DNA from: Candidatus Bathyarchaeota archaeon
Lineage (GTDB): Archaea; Thermoproteota; Bathyarchaeia; Bathyarchaeales; Bathyarchaeaceae
NCBI GenBank assembly: GCA_030608565.1
Contig: JAUWDY010000005.1
Location: 5,359 to 69,358 of the forward strand
DNA: 64,000 nucleotides
Direction of reading: 5' to 3'
Below, in pieces: positions 57,234 through 64,000 of this stretch (within the stretch, counting starts at the first letter, position 1; each line of letters begins with the position of its first letter). The translations under genes were made by a program, and so were the position numbers. Below the pieces are notes generated by a model. It was given only the letters and a program-made list of their open reading frames with translations, was not told the DNA's origin and did no database searches.

Positions 57234-59372
57234 TTATGGGTATTCCTTTTGCCAGAGCAAGTGGTAGGCTGCGATGTATATGTCTCTCATGTCTACGATC
57301 TCGTCTGAGTTAAAGTCTGCAGCAGCGTTGTAGCAGGGTTTTATTATAGTACATCCGTAAGCGAAGCTCACGAAAGTCAAGTCGATGACGTTTACGACAC
57401 CGCTTTTGTCGTAGTCACCAACTTCCCAGAACATATCTGCCTTTAGAGTCGCTATAGCAGCAGTTGACATGAAGTAGTTCTCGTTCTTCCACATGTCGTC
57501 ATACATGTTCACTGCATCATAGAATTGGAATATCCATGGACCTGTTCCGAACAGGTTTGTTGGAGTTGGGTTTGGACCATCTGTGTAGCCAGATGCAACA
57601 TTGTAAGCCTCAGTTGGATCATAGTCTAGAACAGCCGCTCTCTCAAGTGGATCACTTGAGCTGCCAAACCGATTCCAAATGTGTTCTGGAATCAATGGGG
57701 CGAGACCAGAATAGTCATAGAATAGACCGATACCCTCTTCACTAGCTTCTATAGTGACATGTGTGTTATTTGTTACGACAACATCATCAAGTGTCATCCA
57801 TGTTGCGGCATACCTAGGCACTTGGTAGTCTCTGAGGAATTCTAAACAGAATTCGACATCGTAAGCCGTGAACGGCTTGCCGTCTTGCCAATCAACATCG
57901 TTCCTTAGAGTGAAATCTATATCCATTCCACCCACGGTCGACGTGATTGTCCAGTCTGACGCGATCCATGAAATGTCATTATGGTTGTACGGGTTCACAG
58001 CCGTCAAACCATCCTGGGTCTGTCCTATAATGTTCCATTCGTATACTGTGGTAGCATAGCATGGGTTGAGTGAGCCTGGATCGTCACCGTTAATGTAGAC
58101 TACGACATTCTTTGTGCCTTCTGTCCTTTCATATCCTGCTTCCCAATTGAGATTGAAGAACGTCCAACTGTTGTCTGAGCCGTAACCAGGCGATTTAACG
58201 ATGCCTTCAAGGTGTTCAGCGAACACGTTGAAATATGACCTGGAATACAGCAACATGTATGCCAACGCGAAGTTATCTGCGTTAGGATACGTGACTTCGT
58301 CATCAGTATACAGCATCTCTTGGACTTCTTTGGCGGCAGTTTCTATGTCGTCCGTGTCAAGGCTGAACTTAACTGTCTCAACGAGTGCATCGATGGCTGC
58401 ATCATGGAGTCCAGTAGCACCATCTGCTCCGGATAAGATCATGCAGTCTTGGCTTGAGTGAAGGAACGAATACAGTTGGTCAGGTATCCTTCCCATACCG
58501 TAGAAGACCATGTAAGCGTCGAAGTGGGCATAGTCGTACACATCTTCTAGGTATTCGCTGAAGTCTCGGCCAAGGCTTTCGAAGCCGCTGTTACCGTTGT
58601 CTGCAGTTGCTGCCAGTCCTATATTGCGTAGGTCTGCAACAAACTCTTGACCATGCTGGTAGGATGTTGGTGCAACTCCTATGAGTGGCGTCCATATCTC
58701 CAAGTGTGGTATAGGGGAGTTGTCGGGGGACCTCCAGAAGTCGTCATCCGTGACGGTTCCGCTGCTGTCGTCGTCAACAAAGGTGTAGCCAGCGTCCATG
58801 AGTATACCGCATGACGTGCCGTCACCGGCTGTAGACGTGAATGGGTTGCCTGGGTTATACGGATGCTCTGGAACACCAGGGTTGTAGTATTTGCTTTGAG
58901 CAGGTGGAACAAGTGAACGAACAGGTGTTACAATGTAACCATAGATTGGAGGGATAATCCCCAATTGGTCATAGCAATGGATAAGCGCATGTCTAAATTC
59001 CATATCCTGAAGAGGCCAATAAGTTATGTCAGTCCTCCAAGTATAGTTTGCCGCTATGGCCTCAGCGCTTTCACCTCGAATAGTGGCTGTGTCCCTGATG
59101 TTGTAGGCGATGAAGCCCATGTGAAAACCTAGGTCTTCTGTTACAGTCATACCATCGGCATCTTGCTTTTCAATATCTCCTGTTCTTATCTGGTCAGGTG
59201 AAAAGTCAGCTATACCAGTCTGCATTGCAATCAAAGCTGCGTCAGGTGATCTAATCACCATGTGACGTAGGATATCCATCTCCGGACCATTTTGCGAAAA
59301 GGTCGTTGAAACCATCAGAATCGGCGCAAGCATTGAAACTAGCATTATAGCTAATATAACTTTAGATTTCAA
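57234..59372 (-). CDS. ABC transporter substrate-binding protein, family 5 (OppA/DppA-like), apparently circularly permuted, with a C-terminal dockerin
   Basis: It has a signal peptide without a lipobox Cys. SBP_bac_5-type motifs seen: INGDDPGSLNP...DGLTAVNP...WIASDWTI...DFTLRNDVDWQDGKPFTAYDVEF, FGTGPWIF, and PLQDMEFRHALIHCYDQ. The C-terminus is a dockerin-like module (next feature). Confidence 0.8.
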   Translation of the reverse strand: MKSKVILAIMLVSMLAPILMVSTTFSQNGPEMDILRHMVIRSPDAALIAMQTGIADFSPDQIRTGDIEKQDADGMTVTEDLGFHMGFIAYNIRDTATIRGESAEAIAANYTWRTDITYWPLQDMEFRHALIHCYDQLGIIPPIYGYIVTPVRSLVPPAQSKYYNPGVPEHPYNPGNPFTSTAGDGTSCGILMDAGYTFVDDDSSGTVTDDDFWRSPDNSPIPHLEIWTPLIGVAPTSYQHGQEFVADLRNIGLAATADNGNSGFESLGRDFSEYLEDVYDYAHFDAYMVFYGMGRIPDQLYSFLHSSQDCMILSGADGATGLHDAAIDALVETVKFSLDTDDIETAAKEVQEMLYTDDEVTYPNADNFALAYMLLYSRSYFNVFAEHLEGIVKSPGYGSDNSWTFFNLNWEAGYERTEGTKNVVVYINGDDPGSLNPCYATTVYEWNIIGQTQDGLTAVNPYNHNDISWIASDWTITSTVGGMDIDFTLRNDVDWQDGKPFTAYDVEFCLEFLRDYQVPRYAATWMTLDDVVVTNNTHVTIEASEEGIGLFYDYSGLAPLIPEHIWNRFGSSSDPLERAAVLDYDPTEAYNVASGYTDGPNPTPTNLFGTGPWIFQFYDAVNMYDDMWKNENYFMSTAAIATLKADMFWEVGDYDKSGVVNVIDLTFVSFAYGCTIIKPCYNAAADFNSDEIVDMRDIYIAAYHLLWQKEYP
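57237..57422 (-). other. Divergent two-segment dockerin module at the C-terminus of the ABC binding protein
   Basis: The module reads GDYDKSGVVNVIDLTFVSFAYG ... ADFNSDEIVDMRDIYIAAYHL. Both 12-residue loops keep D/N/S at positions 1, 3, 5, 9 and 12, and each is followed by a helix. The same layout is seen in the six other dockerins in the window. Confidence 0.65.
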
Positions 59373-59548
59373 GTTCTCTCTTTTCTCCTTTCTTTTTTAT
59401 CAGCAGAGAAAATATACGGATGTCGCACAATATAAAAGTTGCCCACTGACACATATATAACAAAGATATAGAAATTTGTTCTACAAAGAAGTAGATAACT
59501 TTAAATGGTCTTGAAGAAAACGACTTATGGAGTAAAGGATGTGAGCAG
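59373..59548. promoter_or_regulatory. Divergent promoter region between the dockerin-SBP gene and the permease/ATPase genes
   Basis: This is a 176-bp A/T-rich spacer. It contains TATA-like boxes (cacaATATAAAAGttg near 59430, acaTATATAAca near 59455, aacTTTAAATgg near 59500). SD-like boxes face both ways (AAGGAG for the minus gene, GGAGTAAAGGATG for the plus gene). The transcription start sites are not determinable from sequence. Confidence 0.4.
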
Positions 59549-60547
59549 ATGCGAGAGTATCTACTCAAGAGGATTATAATCTCGATTTTTATCTTGTGGG
59601 TGGTTGCCACCTTAAATTTTGTCATATTCCAAGTCGTTTCTCCACTCAGTCCAGAAGACACATACGCTCCTTTGAATCTTGATATCCCACCAGAAACGCT
59701 AGAACTTATAAGAGAGCTATACGGCCTCAACGAGCCCATGCACATGCGATACATCAAATACATAAAAAACATGTTCACCTTCGACTTTGGAATATCATTC
59801 GTGAGCAGAAAACCAGTAGTCGTAGAAATGTCACAAAGGCTTCCGGCGACAGTGTTGCTTCTCGGTTCTTCAATGGTTGCAACTATTCTCATAGGCACTC
59901 CTATAGGAATACTTGCTGCTTCAAAGAGAGGATCTAAGAAAGATATAGTCACAATCGGCGCTGGTCTCTTCACGTGGGGCGTCCCAGTCTTCTTCATCCA
60001 ACTCTTGTTCATGCTGTTCTTTTCTTACTACTGGATGAAAATCTTCGGCGTCCCGCTTTTCCCTGTTAGGGGACTCTACAGCATTCCCCCGCTTGCCAAT
60101 CCTTTGGCATTTATGGCTGACGTAGCGTGGCATATAGGATTACCGCTTATAACCCTAGTAGTTGGTGGTTTCGGAGCTTGGGCGTTATACACAAGAAACA
60201 TCTTGTTGGACGCTCTTACACAAGACTATATAATCACAGCTAGGGCAAAAGGACTAAGTGAAAGAACCGTACTATACAGACATGCGTTCAGAAGCACACT
60301 TCCACCAATAGTGACCATAATAGCCCTCTCGATTCCTGGAATAATCACGGGAGCAATGATAACAGAATGGATATTCACACTGCCGGGAATCGGAAGGTGG
60401 TACCTAGACGCCTTAACAGGCTCGGATTATCCGGTACTTCAAGCAGTGCTCTTCATGTTCGCCATTCTAACAATACTCTGCAATCTAATCGCAGACCTTT
60501 TATATGGAATCCTAGACCCTCGAATACGAGTAGGCGTGAGAAGATAA
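59549..60547 (+). CDS. Opp/Dpp-type ABC transporter permease (OppB/DppB-like)
   Basis: The 332-aa product has 6 hydrophobic helices. It has the binding-protein-dependent transport signature region ITARAKGLSERTVLYRHAFRSTLPPIV and a C-terminal DLLYGILDPRIR. Confidence 0.9.
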   Translation: MREYLLKRIIISIFILWVVATLNFVIFQVVSPLSPEDTYAPLNLDIPPETLELIRELYGLNEPMHMRYIKYIKNMFTFDFGISFVSRKPVVVEMSQRLPATVLLLGSSMVATILIGTPIGILAASKRGSKKDIVTIGAGLFTWGVPVFFIQLLFMLFFSYYWMKIFGVPLFPVRGLYSIPPLANPLAFMADVAWHIGLPLITLVVGGFGAWALYTRNILLDALTQDYIITARAKGLSERTVLYRHAFRSTLPPIVTIIALSIPGIITGAMITEWIFTLPGIGRWYLDALTGSDYPVLQAVLFMFAILTILCNLIADLLYGILDPRIRVGVRR

Positions 60548-60560
60548 GGAGAAAGCAAAA

Positions 60561-61985
60561 ATGGCTTCAATCTTTTCTAAAGACAAAAGAATCATATACA
60601 CAAGAAGAATCCGAGAATTCTGGTTTGAATTCAAAAGCAAAAAAATTGGTCTGGCAGGTCTTGCACTAATCATAATCTACGTCCTAGTAGCAGTCTTTGC
60701 TCCTTTTCTAACACCGTACAATCCGATCACCCAACCTCGACTGGCTCAAGCCACTGCAATGCCTGAATGGATAACCGTTTTCCCAGGATACCAAGACTAT
60801 GGAAAAACCCAAAGAGAAATCCTCAACTGGAACGTGGAAAAGGGCTCCGAATTTGTTGAGGGATGGGGAAGCTCTGCTGAAATACAATACGAAGCAGGAA
60901 AACCTCAACTAGTTCAAGTAGAGTTAAGCAGCCAATTTTCGTATATGCAAATGGCTCCAAACGAGTTTTTCACACTATTCAGGTATGAAGTAGCAAACAT
61001 CAAAGACATAGAGTGTTCCATTGCACTATCACTTATCCCTCCTGAAGCAAACAGTTCTTACATCTTTTGGAGATCAGAAACACTGACTGCCGAAAAATCA
61101 CAAGATGTCACCGTAGACTCCAAGGACCCCATATTCATAAAGAGACTAGGATTTAAACTTCAAGAAAACCTTGGCAACATAATCTTCTCCCAAAAAGGAG
61201 ACTACACATTTATTCTGCTAATACAATTCAGGCCATTGTCAAATGATGCAATGGCTAAAGTGGTTATAAAAAACAGCCAAATCGTCCTATTGGGCCGCGT
61301 ACATGGAATTCTAGGGACAGACTACCTAGCAAAGGACATCTGGTCACACCTTGTTTGGGGTAGTCGAATTTCCTTGTCAATAGGCTTACTTGCAGCCCTC
61401 GTGGGAACCGTTATAGGTATATTCGTGGGAGTCACATCCGGATATCTCGGCGGATTGACAGACGAGGTACTTATGCGCACAGTTGATATACTCTTGTGCC
61501 TACCACTACTACCACTATTGCTAGCACTTGTCCACCTCTACGGAAGAAATGTGTACTACATAGTTCTGTTCATAGGAATCTTTGGTTGGCAAGGTCTAGC
61601 CCGAGTAATAAGGTCTCAGACCTTATCCATCAGGGAAACACCATACATCGAATCAGCTAGAGCCTCGGGCGCTAGCGGCTTCTACATAATGCAAAAACAC
61701 ATAGTCCCAAACATAATCCCAGTAGCCTTTGCATCCATGATCCTCGCAGTCCCAAGTGCCATTCTTTTCGAGGCGGCATTAAGCTTTCTTGGCTTTGGTG
61801 ATCCTAGGGTAGTAACATGGGGAATGATGCTTCAACACGCCTTTGGATTTGGAGGATTCAGTCAACTAGCTTGGTGGTGGATAGTACCTCCTGGACTAGC
61901 CATCATAGGCTTATGCATGGCCTTCGTATTCATTGGACACGCCTTCGACGAGATTGTAAATCCAAGGCTGAGGAGAAGACGATAA
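60561..61985 (+). CDS. Opp/Dpp-type ABC transporter permease (OppC/DppC-like) with a ~180-aa extracytoplasmic insertion after TM1
   Basis: TM1 spans aa ~30-50. A non-hydrophobic stretch then runs to aa ~245. The canonical core follows: GILGTDYLAKDIWSHLVWGSRISL ... YIESARASGASGFYIMQKHIVPNI ... DEIVNPRLRRR. Confidence 0.85.
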   Translation: MASIFSKDKRIIYTRRIREFWFEFKSKKIGLAGLALIIIYVLVAVFAPFLTPYNPITQPRLAQATAMPEWITVFPGYQDYGKTQREILNWNVEKGSEFVEGWGSSAEIQYEAGKPQLVQVELSSQFSYMQMAPNEFFTLFRYEVANIKDIECSIALSLIPPEANSSYIFWRSETLTAEKSQDVTVDSKDPIFIKRLGFKLQENLGNIIFSQKGDYTFILLIQFRPLSNDAMAKVVIKNSQIVLLGRVHGILGTDYLAKDIWSHLVWGSRISLSIGLLAALVGTVIGIFVGVTSGYLGGLTDEVLMRTVDILLCLPLLPLLLALVHLYGRNVYYIVLFIGIFGWQGLARVIRSQTLSIRETPYIESARASGASGFYIMQKHIVPNIIPVAFASMILAVPSAILFEAALSFLGFGDPRVVTWGMMLQHAFGFGGFSQLAWWWIVPPGLAIIGLCMAFVFIGHAFDEIVNPRLRRRR

Positions 61986-62954
61986 ATGGCATTGCTAGAT
62001 GTTGAGAACCTCAAAATGTATTACGGGACATTGAGAGGACAAGTCAGAGCAGTTGATGACGTAAGCTTTCAAGTAGCCTCAAAAGAATCCCTAGGACTAG
62101 CAGGCGAATCTGGATGTGGAAAAACAAGTGTAGCTCTCACTATACTTAGGTTGTTACCATGGAACGCCAAAATAGTAGGTGGAAGCATAAAGCTAGCAGG
62201 CGAAGACATCGTAAAGATGAGTGAATCGCAGCTCCAGAAGGAAATCCGTTGGAAAAGAATCTCCATGATATTCCAAGGCGCTATGAACGCACTGCACCCA
62301 ACATATACCGTAGGCGCCCAAATAACAGAGGCCATACTCACGCATGAAAAAGTTGGAAAAGAAGAAGCTTTGGAGAGAGCCACCAAGCTTATAGAACTCG
62401 TTGGAATGGAACCCTCAAGAGTCAAGCGATATCCCCACGAACTCAGCGGAGGAATGAAACAACGAGCCGTAACTGCTATGGCCTTAGCTTGTAATCCAGA
62501 TCTAGTTATAGCAGACGAACCCACCACCGCATTAGACGTAATTGTGCAAGCACAAGTATTGGAAGTCATGAAAGACCTACGAAACCGACTCGGCATATCT
62601 ATGTTAGTAATTTCACATGACCTAGCACTAATTGCGGAAACCTGCAACAAGATTGCAATCATGTATGCAGGCAAGATAATAGAAAACGGAGATGTAACCT
62701 ACATCTTCAAAGAACCACTGCACCCTTATACGCAAAAACTAATCACGGCTTTTCCAAGTGTCATAGGACCCAGAACCGAACTTTCATCTATCCATGGATT
62801 TCCACCAGACCTGTTAAAGCCTCCACCTGGATGCAGATTTCACCCAAGATGCGAACATGCAATGGAAATCTGCCGCAAGAAAGAACCACCACTCATAGAA
62901 GTTGGTAACAATAGATATGTAGCATGTCACCTTCATGAAGGGAGAAAAACTTGA
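61986..62954 (+). CDS. Opp/Dpp-type ABC transporter ATP-binding protein (OppD/DppD-like)
   Basis: Motifs seen: Walker A GESGCGKTS, signature LSGGMKQR, Walker B LVIADEPTTALD, H-loop ISHDL. The C-terminal oligopeptide-ABC motif is PPPGCRFHPRC. Confidence 0.92.
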   Translation: MALLDVENLKMYYGTLRGQVRAVDDVSFQVASKESLGLAGESGCGKTSVALTILRLLPWNAKIVGGSIKLAGEDIVKMSESQLQKEIRWKRISMIFQGAMNALHPTYTVGAQITEAILTHEKVGKEEALERATKLIELVGMEPSRVKRYPHELSGGMKQRAVTAMALACNPDLVIADEPTTALDVIVQAQVLEVMKDLRNRLGISMLVISHDLALIAETCNKIAIMYAGKIIENGDVTYIFKEPLHPYTQKLITAFPSVIGPRTELSSIHGFPPDLLKPPPGCRFHPRCEHAMEICRKKEPPLIEVGNNRYVACHLHEGRKT

Positions 62955-63946
62955 AAGACATAACAATCGAAACCCGCGATTTAGTAAAACATTTCCCAAT
63001 AAAAATGGGTTTCTTTCAAACCCTACGTACAAAAGAAGCACCAAAAGTCCACGCAGTAGATGGAGTAAGCCTACACATAAAGAAGGGGGAAATCCTCGGA
63101 CTTGTAGGCGAAAGCGGCTGCGGAAAAACCACCACTGGAAAGGTACTAGTTGGACTGCTTGAACCCACTGGAGGGCAAGTGTTCTTTGGAGGTACTGACT
63201 TGGCAAGCCTTCCTGATAAAGAAATGCGGAAGCTACGACGAAAAATACAAATAATATTCCAAGATCCGTACGAATCCTTAGACCCAAGAATGAGTGTCTA
63301 CGACATTGTTGCAGAGCCTGTGCGAATCCAAAAAGTCGTGAAAAGTGAAAGAGAAGTAGGCGAGAAAGTGAGAAAAGCCCTGGAAGAGTTTGACCTAGTT
63401 CCCCCAGAAGAATACATGTACAGATTTCCTCATGAACTAAGCGGCGGCCAAAGACAACGAGTATCCATAGCCAGATCTTTCGTTCTAGATCCCGAGTTTC
63501 TCGTAGCCGACGAACCCGTGTCAATGCTCGATGCTTCCATCAGAAGTGAAGTCTTAAAGCTATTGCTAACAATGCAGAAGAAACTACACACATCATTTCT
63601 CTACATAACCCATGACATAGCGTTAGCTCGACACATGTGCAATCGAATTGCAGTCATGTACCTAGGCAAAGTTGTCGAAAAAGGACTCACTGAAGACGTG
63701 ATACACAAGCCACTTCACCCATACACAGATGCCCTAATCGCTGCAGTGCCAGTTCCAGACCCAACAGCAAGACGCATCAGAGTTACTATACAAGGAGAGG
63801 TCCCCAGCGCAATCAATCCCCCGCCTGGATGCAGATTTAGTACACGATGCCCCCACGTCATGGAAATCTGCCGCAAGAAAGAACCACCACTCATAGAAGT
63901 TGCTGAAAACAGACAAGTAGCGTGCCATCTACACACAAAAAAATAG
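62951..63946 (+). CDS. Opp/Dpp-type ABC transporter ATP-binding protein (OppF/DppF-like)
   Basis: Motifs seen: Walker A GESGCGKTT, signature LSGGQRQR, Walker B LVADEPVSMLD, H-loop ITHDI. The C-terminal motif is PPPGCRFSTRCP. It overlaps the upstream gene by 4 nt. Confidence 0.92.
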   Translation: MKDITIETRDLVKHFPIKMGFFQTLRTKEAPKVHAVDGVSLHIKKGEILGLVGESGCGKTTTGKVLVGLLEPTGGQVFFGGTDLASLPDKEMRKLRRKIQIIFQDPYESLDPRMSVYDIVAEPVRIQKVVKSEREVGEKVRKALEEFDLVPPEEYMYRFPHELSGGQRQRVSIARSFVLDPEFLVADEPVSMLDASIRSEVLKLLLTMQKKLHTSFLYITHDIALARHMCNRIAVMYLGKVVEKGLTEDVIHKPLHPYTDALIAAVPVPDPTARRIRVTIQGEVPSAINPPPGCRFSTRCPHVMEICRKKEPPLIEVAENRQVACHLHTKK

Positions 63947-64000
63947 ACTGCCTCCTTTTCCTCCTAGAAAAAACGCAAACATCCAGACAAATTTATCTAG

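Noticed and set aside
35040-59372. Interpreting the locus as a true cellulosome for plant cell-wall degradation
   Set aside because: I recognised no glycoside hydrolase, polysaccharide lyase, carbohydrate esterase or CBM among the dockerin-bearing proteins. The cargo is a protease, propellers, a beta-helix protein and a solute-binding protein.
59362-63524. Long antisense track ORFs (59362..60012, 62069..62674, 62814..63524, 63715..63936)
   Set aside because: They lie opposite ORFs with unambiguous ABC permease and ATPase motifs. Their translations are low-complexity or Arg/Leu/Ser-rich with no motifs, so they are shadow ORFs.
1-64000. A search for tRNA, rRNA, CRISPR, transposase, integrase or prophage hallmarks
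   Set aside because: None was seen by eye. The intergenic gaps contain no T-loop-like GGTTCGAATC. There are no short repeat-spacer arrays and no DDE, tyrosine-recombinase or serine-recombinase motifs in any long ORF.

Overview
This 64-kb window is most consistent with an archaeal chromosome segment. The evidence is GGAGGTGA-type ribosome-binding boxes, A/T-rich TATA-like boxes, an archaeosortase-like gene and PEF-CTERM-like protein tails. I cannot assign a taxon, and I saw no rRNA, tRNA, CRISPR array, transposase or integrase. The window has four blocks. (1) 0-4.9 kb: a flippase-like gene fragment, an interrupted small secreted-protein gene, a cohesin+dockerin protein, a 781-aa beta-propeller repeat protein and a truncated archaeosortase remnant. 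(2) 5.2-32.1 kb: a ~27-kb surface-glycan biosynthesis cluster, almost entirely on the minus strand. It holds 3 SDR epimerase/dehydratases, 2 DegT aminotransferases, 2 GT4, 2 GT2, an LbH acetyltransferase, 3 CE4-type deacetylases, 3 FemAB/CelD-like transferases, 2 GNATs, a methyltransferase, a full-length archaeosortase-like gene and two paralogous giant membrane proteins. (3) 32.3-59.4 kb: a secreted-protein region dominated by cohesin and dockerin modules. Window-wide there are 9 cohesin modules in 8 proteins, 7 full dockerins and 2 single-segment dockerin-like sites. The dockerin-bearing cargo comprises a subtilase, two BNR propellers, a NosD-like beta-helix protein and an ABC substrate-binding protein. 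There is also a 1351-aa two-cohesin scaffold with 10 tandem ~78-aa repeats, and cohesin proteins ending in PE[FA]PFG/TM/basic sorting tails. (4) 59.5-64 kb: Opp/Dpp-type permease and ATPase genes, transcribed divergently from the dockerin-tagged binding protein. The main candidate for a novel system is a non-cellulosomal, archaeosortase-anchored cohesin-dockerin surface assembly. It appears to recruit a peptide-binding protein and hydrolases, and it lies next to an exosortase-style glycan locus. All family calls come from reading motifs by eye. No searches were run.
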